A stretch of 64,000 bases of DNA from Spirosoma soli (GTDB lineage Bacteria; Bacteroidota; Bacteroidia; Cytophagales; Spirosomataceae). This document shows positions 1 through 8,721 of this stretch, in pieces. Under the pieces are notes generated by a model. It saw only the letters and a program-made list of their open reading frames with translations. It did not search any database and was not told the origin of the DNA. The position numbers were made by a program, and so were the translations under genes. The DNA is taken from positions 985 to 64,984 of the forward strand of contig NZ_JBHULN010000028.1 in the NCBI RefSeq assembly GCF_042684525.1. Direction: 5' to 3'. Position 1 is the stretch's first letter. Every line of letters begins with the position of its first letter.

Positions 1-1
1 A

Positions 2-145
2 ACACGCTCGTATCGAAGTCAAGCACCGTTGAAAATTGTTGGCGAAGTCACAGATTGGATAAGGCTGACACCGGATGAACTGCGTACATGGCGGGAAAAC
101 GTGGCGAGAATTAATGCGGACCCAACAGCAGAAATTATAAACTAA
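2..145 (+). CDS. 3' end of an unknown CDS that continues off the window start. Translates ...KIVGEVTDWIRLTPDELRTWRENVARINADPTAEIIN* with no stop back to position 2.
   Basis: Open frame (start phase 2) ending in TAA at 143-145. No start codon inside the window. Confidence 0.3.
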   Translation, partial: TRSYRSQAPLKIVGEVTDWIRLTPDELRTWRENVARINADPTAEIIN

Positions 146-697
146 CGTGTTCTGTGATTCGCTCGCCGTAAGTGGCTCTCCGGCGACAGATTGCTCGCCC
201 CCGGAGGAGAGTTTTCAGCCCAACGAAGCCAAGTGTGTAAAGGTGTCAGGTACGTTTGTTTGTGTTAGCTTACTTGCCCACCATCAACACCCGGGCGTTG
301 GGTGGAACAAAGCTGCTTGCCTACACGCCCACTCAACACGTTATTGTACGTCTAGCAACTTAGTAATTCAGCTCCCCGGCGACAGAGCGAACGCCCCGGT
401 TAGGCAGGTTTTAACTTACAATTTCAGCTTCCGGCTATACTACTCCCAAAACCTGTCCAACATTTGGGGAGTAGTATAAAATTCACTCATCCGAAAGAAG
501 GTAAAATTTATAACAGTAGTTACGGAAAGCTTAAGCCCTTTATCCATTGTTGATAGTCAACAAACCCTCCAAAGGTTAAAGTAGACAAACGTACCTTATG
601 AGCCTGCCTTGTTTCAAGGTCGAAAACAATAGAACGGGTCCAAAACTTACACCTAAGTTTTGGACCCGTTTATTAAAACAGCACGAGTACTTCTCTA

Positions 698-2110
698 TTA
701 GTTACAATAATCGCTAATCACTTTATAAGAGGGATTGTAGCCTAATTCACCCGCTTTCGAGAGGTCCAGGCAACCGCCGTTTTCGTCACCGAGGCTATGT
801 TTGATGATTCCCCGGACGTAGTAGGCTTCGGCATAGCGAGGATTTAGTTTAATGGCGCTGTTGCAGTCCATAATAGCCCCTTTCTGGTCGCCCTGGGACG
901 ATTTGATCATACCCCGCGAGAAATACGCTTCGGCATAGGTCGGGCTAAGCTCAATCGACTTATTCAGGTCAGCGATGGCCGATTTAGGATCACCCTGCTT
1001 GTTTTTGCTCAGACCACGGCTGAAATACGCTTCGGCTCGTTCGGAGCTAAGCTCGTTAATCTTGTTACGTTCCTGCACTACGTTGCGCAGATTGTCCAGA
1101 ACGGCGTGCGTAATGCGCCCGTTATAAATCACTTTGGTTTCGGCGTTGGCATTGTTCATATCAATAGCCTGATTGAAATCCTGAACAGCTCCCTTCTGAT
1201 CGCCTAGTTTGCTGCGGCAGAAACCCCGGCCGTAGTAAGCCTGATAGTTGTCTCCTTTGAGCGCGATGGCCCGGTCGTAGTCTGGCAAGGCCGCTTTGTA
1301 ATCTTCCAGCTTACTTTTGGCATAACCGCGGTAGAAGTAAGAATCACCATCTTCGGGGGTTAGCTCAATAGCTTTGTTCAGATCGGCTACGGCCCCCGTA
1401 AAATCGTTTAACTCTACTTTCGACAAACCGCGACCCGCGTAGGCCTGTGAACGCTTGGGACTCATTTCGATTACTTTAGAAAAATCAGCCACACTACCGG
1501 AATAGTCTTCGAGCCGCTGCTTTGTAACTCCGCGAACGTAGTAAATCTGCACGTTGGTGGGATCGAGCTCAATCGCTTTTGAAAAGTCGGTAAGAGCTCC
1601 CTTAGGTTGGTCAACACGGCTACGGCTAACCCCCCGGTTGTAATAAGCCTGTGGATCGTCGGGATTCAATTCAATGGAGCGGCTAAAATCAAGCAGGGCG
1701 GCTCGGTGGTCTTCCTGTTTACTTTTACTGACGCCCCGACTGAGGTAAGCGAGCGCATCTTTGGCATTCAGTTCAATGGCCCGGTCATAATCCAGCACAG
1801 CGCCCCGGTGGTCTTTCAAATTAGCTTTAGCAAGCCCTCGGTTGTAATAACTGGCCGAGTTCTCGGGGTTCATAGTAATAGCCATACTAAACGCTTGCAA
1901 AGCACCAGTGTAGTCGCCTGACTTGCTTTTACCGATACCGTTCTCAAAAAAATCAACGGCTGTTTGCTGAGCTATGGCTAGTGGCGGTGATAAGAGCAGG
2001 AGCCCTAATACCAGAAAAAATAATAAAAGTTTACGCATGAGGCTGATTTGTAAGTGAATGGTGAGTAATTTATTAAATGGTAAAATTAGATGTTGATGAG
2101 TCATAGGCAA
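698..2110 (-). CDS. Tetratricopeptide (TPR) repeat lipoprotein with N-terminal signal peptide.
   Basis: At least 10 tandem 34-aa TPR-like units (AxxYYNRGxxKxxLxDxxGAxxDFxKAIELNP...). Hydrophobic N-terminus LLLFFLVLGLLLLSPPLAIAQ. Confidence 0.8.
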   Translation of the reverse strand: MPMTHQHLILPFNKLLTIHLQISLMRKLLLFFLVLGLLLLSPPLAIAQQTAVDFFENGIGKSKSGDYTGALQAFSMAITMNPENSASYYNRGLAKANLKDHRGAVLDYDRAIELNAKDALAYLSRGVSKSKQEDHRAALLDFSRSIELNPDDPQAYYNRGVSRSRVDQPKGALTDFSKAIELDPTNVQIYYVRGVTKQRLEDYSGSVADFSKVIEMSPKRSQAYAGRGLSKVELNDFTGAVADLNKAIELTPEDGDSYFYRGYAKSKLEDYKAALPDYDRAIALKGDNYQAYYGRGFCRSKLGDQKGAVQDFNQAIDMNNANAETKVIYNGRITHAVLDNLRNVVQERNKINELSSERAEAYFSRGLSKNKQGDPKSAIADLNKSIELSPTYAEAYFSRGMIKSSQGDQKGAIMDCNSAIKLNPRYAEAYYVRGIIKHSLGDENGGCLDLSKAGELGYNPSYKVISDYCN

Positions 2111-2349
2111 ACCACCTTATATTAAATTTATAATAGACAGCGTATCGACAAGCGATGATAGCGACGTCTGGCTATCTATGTGTCATCTATTAACCTACGC
2201 TATCAAGACATTGTGTCATGAAAAAGAAGCGATAATGTAATTATTATGACATAATGTCTTGAATTTGACTGAAACAATGCTTGGTACAAAGTTTGACTAA
2301 TAGAGAGTGTAACACTTGATAGATAACCCAATTAAGACGTACCAAGAAC

Positions 2350-2787
2350 ATGGCAACTTTAGTTCGATATAACAGCCTTCCCACTTTCTTCAACCCATTC
2401 TTCGGCTCTCGTGTGTATGGCCGCCCCATCGTAGCGCGCTATCAAAACACGAACGTAAATGCTCCCGCTGTGAACGTTAAAGAAACCGAAACTGCTTTCC
2501 AACTGGAACTAGCAGCTCCGGGTTTGAAGAAAGAAGACGTAAAAGTTAACGTTGAGAACAACAAGCTCACCATTGCTTACAAGCACGAAGTGAAGGCTGA
2601 CGAAACCACCGAGACATACACTCGTCATGAATTCGGCTTCAACGCTTTCGAGCGTAGCTTCCGTTTGCCTAAGAATGTGAACGCCGACCAGATTACGGCG
2701 GCTTACACCGACGGCATCCTGACGGTTGAACTACCAAAAGTTGAGGTGAAAGAAGAGAAACTGGTGAAAGAGATTACCGTTGCCTAA
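2350..2787 (+). CDS. Hsp20/alpha-crystallin family small heat-shock protein.
   Basis: Alpha-crystallin domain motifs (FERSFRLP, GILTVELPK). Size 145 aa. Hairpin terminator at 2818-2855. Confidence 0.85.
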   Translation: MATLVRYNSLPTFFNPFFGSRVYGRPIVARYQNTNVNAPAVNVKETETAFQLELAAPGLKKEDVKVNVENNKLTIAYKHEVKADETTETYTRHEFGFNAFERSFRLPKNVNADQITAAYTDGILTVELPKVEVKEEKLVKEITVA

Positions 2788-2853
2788 TTGCTCGGAATCT
2801 TCGCCATTATAGAAGTGAAACCCGTGCTATGCTTATGGCACGGGTTTTTGTTG

Positions 2854-3516
2854 TTAACTAAGGGCCGCGATAAACGCTTCGAGCTTCCGTTCGTCTAACT
2901 GGCCGTTTGTACGAACACCGCTACAAATGTCTAAGCCAAACGGCTGCACTTGTTCAATGGCTTCACGAGCATTCTGTACGTTCAGTCCACCCGCCAGAAA
3001 AACTGGCACGGCCGATTGCTCAACGATCTGTCGGCTGATGGCCCAGTTATGAATTCGTCCTGTGCCCCCCAGCTCTTTTACCGCCAGGGTTGGATTGCCA
3101 GAATCGAGCAGCAAAGCATCGGCTCCCTCCTCGACAGCCTGTAAGGCTTCAGCAATGTTACGTTCGTCGATGACATGAATGACCTGCACTAGTTTGACGG
3201 CGGGCAAAGCTTCCCGAATTTGAACGTACGTAGCTGGCGATACAGCATCGACAAGCTGAATAGTGTTTGCGCCGACGCGCTGCTGATGGGCTATTATATC
3301 AGCCGTAATCGTTTCGCTGGTGAGCATAAACGTAGCAATAGGGGGCGGGGTTGACCGAACAATGTGAGCGGCCAGCTCATCGGCTACCACACCCGGACCA
3401 CTGGGCATGCGGCCCACTAACCCAAGGGCATCGGCTCCGAGCCGGATGGCCAGCCGAGCCTCTTCCGAGCTACTGATGCAACAAATTTTAATTCGGGTCC
3501 TGAACTGAGATGACAT
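2854..3516 (-). CDS. trpF: Phosphoribosylanthranilate isomerase.
   Basis: N-terminal KICCISSSEEARLAIRLGADALGLV and overall TIM-barrel PRAI-like pattern. About 220 aa. Confidence 0.7.
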   Translation of the reverse strand: MSSQFRTRIKICCISSSEEARLAIRLGADALGLVGRMPSGPGVVADELAAHIVRSTPPPIATFMLTSETITADIIAHQQRVGANTIQLVDAVSPATYVQIREALPAVKLVQVIHVIDERNIAEALQAVEEGADALLLDSGNPTLAVKELGGTGRIHNWAISRQIVEQSAVPVFLAGGLNVQNAREAIEQVQPFGLDICSGVRTNGQLDERKLEAFIAALS

Positions 3517-3541
3517 TGATTTGTTCCTTAATTAAGGTTGG

Positions 3542-4831
3542 ATGGTCAAAGATAAAGTCAACGGCTCCAACACAACAACTATGGTTCAGGAATACCCCAA
3601 CGATACCTACGCTTCTCTGCGCATTCCCGACTTCCGTTATTTTGTGATGAATAGCTTCCTGATCACGGCTACGCTGCTGATTCAGGAGGTTGTGCTGGGC
3701 TACGAACTCTATAAGATCACGCACGATCCGCTGGCGCTGGGTCTGGTAGGGCTGGCGGAGGCCATACCGTTCATTGCGCTCTCTTTGTTTGGCGGACACT
3801 TGGCCGACCGGCGGGATAAAAAGCGGATTTTGCAATGGAGCCTGGGCGTCATTACGCTTAGCTCGGTCATTTTATACGCGGTTTTTCAACCCGCCATTGT
3901 ATCTCAGCTGTCGCAGACAACGCAGCTAGCCACTATCTACGGTGTTCTCATGCTGATTGGTACGGCAAAAGGATTCTACTCGCCCGCCAGTTCATCGCTG
4001 AAGCCGTTTCTGGTACCTCGGGAGTTGTATCCTAATTCGGCCACCTGGAGCAGTTCATTCTGGCAGGCTGGAGCCATTGTCGGGCCAGGTGTAGCGGGTT
4101 TTCTTTACAGTGGACTAGGGTTTGATAATACCCTACTCGTTGTGATTGGTTTGCTGGTGGTGTGCTTTCTGCTTATTACGTTGGTTAGTCGAAAGCCTGT
4201 GCCCATCAGTGATGCACCAGTTCTGGGTTTTAGGGAAAGCCTGAAAGAAGGATTTCGATTTGTGTTTAAAACCCAGATTGTGCTTTACGCTATCTCTCTT
4301 GACTTGTTCTCGGTATTGTTTGGGGGAGTTGTCGCAATTTTGCCAGTCTTTGCCGAAGATATTCTGAAAGTAGGAGCCGAGGGGCTGGGCTTTTTAAGGG
4401 CAGCTCCGTCGGTTGGGGCCGTGCTAACGCTGGCCGTTATGACGAAGTATCCACCCATCGATAATGCCTGGCGAAATATGTTGTTAGCCGTTGCGGGCTT
4501 CGGCGTTGCGACCATTGTTTTTGCGGTGTCGACAAATTTCTATCTGTCGCTTGTCATGCTTGCCTTAACGGGTGCGTTTGACAGTGTAAGCGTCATTATC
4601 CGGCAAACGATTATGCAGATTTTCCCGCCCGACCACATGCGGGGTCGAGTGGCGGCCGTCAATGGCATTTTCGTGAGCTCATCGAACGAGATCGGAGCAT
4701 TCGAGTCGGGGCTGGCGGCCCGGTTGTTTGGTACCGTGCCTTCGGTGTTATTGGGAGGAATCGTTACGTTGGTGGTTGTGACTTATGTGTATGCCAAATC
4801 CAAGGCGCTGCTGGCGGTAAAGTTGAACTAG
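3542..4831 (+). CDS. MFS transporter (12 predicted TM helices). True start may be the internal Met near 3581.
   Basis: Alternating hydrophobic helices and MFS-like loop motifs (GHLADRRDKKR). 429 aa. Confidence 0.7.
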   Translation: MVKDKVNGSNTTTMVQEYPNDTYASLRIPDFRYFVMNSFLITATLLIQEVVLGYELYKITHDPLALGLVGLAEAIPFIALSLFGGHLADRRDKKRILQWSLGVITLSSVILYAVFQPAIVSQLSQTTQLATIYGVLMLIGTAKGFYSPASSSLKPFLVPRELYPNSATWSSSFWQAGAIVGPGVAGFLYSGLGFDNTLLVVIGLLVVCFLLITLVSRKPVPISDAPVLGFRESLKEGFRFVFKTQIVLYAISLDLFSVLFGGVVAILPVFAEDILKVGAEGLGFLRAAPSVGAVLTLAVMTKYPPIDNAWRNMLLAVAGFGVATIVFAVSTNFYLSLVMLALTGAFDSVSVIIRQTIMQIFPPDHMRGRVAAVNGIFVSSSNEIGAFESGLAARLFGTVPSVLLGGIVTLVVVTYVYAKSKALLAVKLN

Positions 4832-4861
4832 GGATCCGATGTACTGCTTTACAAATAAATA

Positions 4862-4900
4862 TGCGCCTGAATAGCGGCCTTCCGGCGGGTATTCAGGCGC
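4862..4900. terminator. Hairpin, probably a bidirectional terminator, between the MFS gene and the small minus-strand ORF.
   Basis: gcgcctgaata...tattcaggcgc inverted repeat with a GC-rich inner stem. Confidence 0.4.
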
Positions 4901-4919
4901 ACACAATCAGTATCGGCAG

Positions 4920-5177
4920 TTAAGCCCGAGCTGATGAACTATTCATGTCATGAATAAAAGCGTTTACATCTATCTCTTCATTGAGTAGAACGCGGGTGTT
5001 AAATACTTCCCAGAACAATTCGTCTGAGAGTTGATAATCCTTTTGCAGCCGTATCATATCACGGATGCTTTCTTTTAAGGGCGCAGTTGTCACTGGCGAC
5101 CGAGCGGCCATTGGCTGAAGATTTTCCATCAGAAAAAGGAGGTTATTGTTTGCGTGCGAGTTTGTAAACGCGTTCAT
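4920..5177 (-). CDS. Small hypothetical protein (85 aa).
   Basis: ORF bounded by a bidirectional hairpin at 4862-4900 immediately downstream. No recognisable domain. Confidence 0.3.
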   Translation of the reverse strand: MNAFTNSHANNNLLFLMENLQPMAARSPVTTAPLKESIRDMIRLQKDYQLSDELFWEVFNTRVLLNEEIDVNAFIHDMNSSSARA

Positions 5178-5334
5178 TATCAGAATGTTTATTAAAAAAT
5201 TTACCCTGATAACGAATAGGTTAGAAAAATACCATTGTTTCTACCATTTTTGAGCTTGCTTGTGACTTTTCTATTAATAAGGTACAACGAAAATTTTTTC
5301 AAATATTTCACTCGCTAGACTTTTAACACTATTT

Positions 5335-6201
5335 ATGAAATTGTACCCTGCCATCACTGCTGGTCTATTAATTTCTGCCTCATTAGTGGCGATGCGGCCT
5401 GAGTTTACCGCCAAGCCGCTGAAGTTAGTAAAGGCATGGGAGACAGACACAACCCTGCGCGTTCCGGAATCGGTGCTTTATGATGGGAAAAACACGCTTT
5501 ACGTAGCGAATATTGACGGGAAAGCCGATGAGCTGGATGGCAGCGGGTTTATCTCTAAAGTGTCGCTCGATGGGAAAATTGAAAACCTGCGGTGGACATC
5601 GGGGCTGAATGCACCCAAAGGCATGGGCTTGTTTAAAAACCGGCTCTACGTAACGGATGTGTACCGATTGGTGGCTATCAACACCGAAACCGGTCAGGCC
5701 GAGAAAACCTGGGACGCCGTAAACCAGAAGGGAGCCTTCTTGAACGACGTAACCGTAGCGAACGATGGTACTGTATACGTATCAGATAGTCGTTCGGATA
5801 AAATCTATCGGCTCAAAGACGACAACTGGGAAGTGTGGATGGAAGGCGAACAGCTTGACAAACCCAACGGACTACTGGCTGTGGGCAAAGACAGATTAAT
5901 GGTTGGCGCTACGAAAAAAGGTGAATTAAGATCCGTAGACATCAATACAAAAACGTCGACGACGATTGCCGATGGAATGACGGTTACAGATGGCATCGTG
6001 CCCGAAGGGAAAGGCAACTACTTCGTATCGGACTGGAACGGGCAAATTTTTCATGTCATGGGCAGCGGCCAGAAAGAAAAACTTTTAGATACGCGTGAGC
6101 AGAAAGTAAATTCGGCTGATATTGAGTACGTCGCCAAAAAGAAACTATTGATTGTACCAACGTTCTTCGGCAATAAGCTGATCGCGTATCGAGTAGAGTA
6201 A
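5335..6201 (+). CDS. Secreted beta-propeller-like protein (SMP-30/gluconolactonase/LRE-like repeat pattern). Function unknown.
   Basis: Signal peptide. Repeated G/D-rich beta-strand blades (LYVANIDG, LYVTDV, VYVSDS, YFVSDW). Confidence 0.4.
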   Translation: MKLYPAITAGLLISASLVAMRPEFTAKPLKLVKAWETDTTLRVPESVLYDGKNTLYVANIDGKADELDGSGFISKVSLDGKIENLRWTSGLNAPKGMGLFKNRLYVTDVYRLVAINTETGQAEKTWDAVNQKGAFLNDVTVANDGTVYVSDSRSDKIYRLKDDNWEVWMEGEQLDKPNGLLAVGKDRLMVGATKKGELRSVDINTKTSTTIADGMTVTDGIVPEGKGNYFVSDWNGQIFHVMGSGQKEKLLDTREQKVNSADIEYVAKKKLLIVPTFFGNKLIAYRVE

Positions 6202-6242
6202 CAAATAATGAGGGCTGGCAATTTGCCAGCCCTCATTGCTTG

Positions 6243-6842
6243 CTAGTAGGTAATTTCTTCTTCGTCCAGCAGTCTTTTGATGTTTATAATGCAATCGTCC
6301 ATTATTGTTATGTCGTTTCCCCAGTCGGTGACGATCCAATCTTGATTAGGCTGGATTATGATTACTTTTCGAATTTTGGAAAGTACCCAAAACACCCGCT
6401 CTACACCAAAATTGATCAACTCCTGCGTTTTCTCAGAGATATAAGCAACATCGCTACCGATTTCGTTGAGATCGATCTTGATATCTACTTCCAGTACTAT
6501 TTTAGGGGGAACATCGAAATATTTGCCTTTCAATCTGGGTAACGATGACTTCTCAAAAATGGCGACATCAGCGGACAGATTATCGCCAAGACCTACATGA
6601 AGTCTAGATTGATTTGTGGCAAGCTGGTATTGTTTACGGTCGACTTTATTCCAAAGTGTTCCCGCTAGTACCATCACAATGATGCTTTGTAAATCACTAC
6701 TTCCCATTATGTCTTCGGGTTTGAGAATGCCAGCCACGACGTCGTGGTATCCCTTGTAGTATAAAGGGCGTCCGTTGAGCGTTTCATACACCAGCGACTT
6801 GGGAATGGCTGATGTTTCAACAAATTCGTTTGTCGTTACCAT
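6243..6842 (-). CDS. Uma2 family (DUF820) putative endonuclease.
   Basis: 199 aa. Pattern ...LEVDIKIDLNEIGSD... and overall Uma2-like layout. Assigned by recall only. Confidence 0.5.
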   Translation of the reverse strand: MVTTNEFVETSAIPKSLVYETLNGRPLYYKGYHDVVAGILKPEDIMGSSDLQSIIVMVLAGTLWNKVDRKQYQLATNQSRLHVGLGDNLSADVAIFEKSSLPRLKGKYFDVPPKIVLEVDIKIDLNEIGSDVAYISEKTQELINFGVERVFWVLSKIRKVIIIQPNQDWIVTDWGNDITIMDDCIINIKRLLDEEEITY

Positions 6843-6873
6843 ACAAGCTCCTAGTTTTTGGAAAGTTACTCAA

Positions 6874-8274
6874 TTAACTATTCCGTCCTAACAAGCGTTC
6901 AACGGCGACCCGCGCTCGTTCCGCGCCAAAACCAGCCATGGCCTGGTTCATTTGTTGCCTGATCAGGTCATTACCGAGGTTACCAAGACTACCTTCGTGA
7001 CTATGGTGTAAGTCGCGGGGAGGCTGATACGTATGCTCGGCGATCTCCTTGCCGATGGTCCGGTACGCTTCGCGAAAGGGCACGCCCTGCAACACCAGCT
7101 CATTGACCCGTTCGACGCTAAACAGTAAATCGTATTTCGGGTCATCCAACAGGTTAGGCTTTACCTGAAGGTGTTCGAGCATGAAATCGGTAATGCTGAG
7201 GCAATCCAGTATTTCATCGAAGGCAGGCATTAAAATCTCTTTCAAAATCTGCATGTCGCGGTGATAGCCGGAAGGTAGATTGCTCATTACCAGCGTAACC
7301 TCCATCGGTAGGGCCTTCAGGCGATTCGTTTTGGCGCGGAGGAGTTCAGCTACGTCAGGATTTTTCTTGTGCGGCATGATGCTGCTGCCGGTTGTGAGGG
7401 CATCGGGCAAGGTGAGAAACCCAAAGTTCTGGCTGTTGTACAGGCAAATGTCCATCGCCATCCGCGAGATAGTAGCGGCTATGGCAGCTATGGCGGTCAG
7501 GGCAGTTTGTTCGGTTTTGCCCCGGCTCATTTGGGCATACACTACGTTTACGTTCATGCCTTCGAAGCCCAAAAGCTCCGTCGTTAGTGTCCGGTTCAGG
7601 GGAAACGACGAACCATAACCGGCACCCGAGCCAAGCGGATTTCGATTGGCTAATCGGTAAGCTGTTTGTAAGGTCAGCATATCATCGGCGAGGGCTTCGG
7701 CATAGGCACCAAACCACAGCCCAAAGGAGGAGGGCATGGCGATTTGCAGGTGCGTATATCCTGGTAATAGATCGTTTTTATGCTGCTCCGACCGGTTTAT
7801 TAGCCGATCAAAAACCTGCTGAACGGCTTCGGCTACGTGCCACAGCTGGTCGCGCGTAAAGAGTTTAAGGTCAACTAGCACCTGGTCATTCCGTGAGCGA
7901 CCGGCATGAATTTTCTTACCTGTATCGCCCAACGCCCGGGTTAGCATCAGCTCAACCTGTGAGTGAACATCCTCAACACCTTCTTCAATAATGAACTCAC
8001 CAGCCAGAATCTGTTGATAGATGGTTTTTAGCTCGGTTTCTAATGCCGTTAGTTCATCATTCGTAAGTAAGCCGATGGTTTCGAGCATTTGCGCATGAGC
8101 CAGGTTACCCAATACATCAAAAGGAGCGAGGTAAAGATCCATCTCGCGGTCGCGCCCGACGGTAAAGCGTTCAATGCGGTCAGACGTGCTGACGCCTTCT
8201 TTTTGCCAAAGTTTCAAAGCGAAAGAGTGAAAGAGTGAAAGAGTGAAAGAACGACCGGCCACAAGGGAGTCCAT
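6874..8274 (-). CDS. argH: Argininosuccinate lyase. Coordinates are the longest ATG ORF; the likely true start is TTG at 8217, giving MKLWQKEG.
   Basis: Fumarase/ASL family signature region (GSSIMPHKKNPD). Canonical ArgH N-terminus KLWQK follows a TTG codon. Confidence 0.85.
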   Translation of the reverse strand: MDSLVAGRSFTLSLFHSFALKLWQKEGVSTSDRIERFTVGRDREMDLYLAPFDVLGNLAHAQMLETIGLLTNDELTALETELKTIYQQILAGEFIIEEGVEDVHSQVELMLTRALGDTGKKIHAGRSRNDQVLVDLKLFTRDQLWHVAEAVQQVFDRLINRSEQHKNDLLPGYTHLQIAMPSSFGLWFGAYAEALADDMLTLQTAYRLANRNPLGSGAGYGSSFPLNRTLTTELLGFEGMNVNVVYAQMSRGKTEQTALTAIAAIAATISRMAMDICLYNSQNFGFLTLPDALTTGSSIMPHKKNPDVAELLRAKTNRLKALPMEVTLVMSNLPSGYHRDMQILKEILMPAFDEILDCLSITDFMLEHLQVKPNLLDDPKYDLLFSVERVNELVLQGVPFREAYRTIGKEIAEHTYQPPRDLHHSHEGSLGNLGNDLIRQQMNQAMAGFGAERARVAVERLLGRNS

Positions 8275-8398
8275 TTCTCACGCTGTGCATTCGGCAAAGG
8301 TCGTAAAGAAAGTTAGGAGAGGCAATTGAGTTGAAGGTTGCACTTTGTGTGGAACACAGGCCGTTGAACCGATCTCAATTGAAAAAAAGTCGGCTAGT

Positions 8399-8647
8399 TT
8401 ACCGCTTCTTCTGCTTTAACAACCAGTCGAAGATGCGTTTGTCTTCGTAGAGGTACTGAATCCCGTGCCCTTCATTCGCTAAGCGGGAGAACGTTACGTT
8501 GCCGTTGCACTGCTTCAGCCGATGAACCAACCGTTCGGTTTCGGAAATAAGAATTATATCGTCGGCCGTTCCGTGGAAGGTCCAAACTGGAATATGACTG
8601 ATCCGACAAATTTGCGTAGAATCGTTACAGCAAATAGCAGAAGGCAA
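8399..8647 (-). pseudogene. C-terminal remnant (about 80 aa) of an alpha/beta-hydrolase/esterase gene. The N-terminal part has been replaced by the adjacent MFS gene.
   Basis: Fragment PVWTFHGTADDIILISETERLVHRL...GHGIQ matches the C-terminal Asp/His part of carboxylesterase/dienelactone-hydrolase folds. Only 74 bp separate it from the upstream gene end. Confidence 0.4.
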
Positions 8648-8721
8648 AATGACGTAAATCGCATGCTGATCAGGCTAGGTGGAGACACGGGCGAAGGTAA
8701 ATCGAGAAGCGTAGGCTTTAA

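Noticed and set aside
147-479. 110-aa ORF in the long intergenic region.
   Set aside because: Cys/His-rich and low-complexity, with no start context or homology pattern. The region looks more like structured non-coding sequence.
1607-1921. 104-aa plus-strand ORF inside the TPR gene.
   Set aside because: Antisense shadow ORF of a well-supported repeat-protein gene.
3488-3835. 115-aa minus-strand ORF spanning the trpF/MFS intergenic region.
   Set aside because: Overlaps both neighbouring genes' ends. No homology features.
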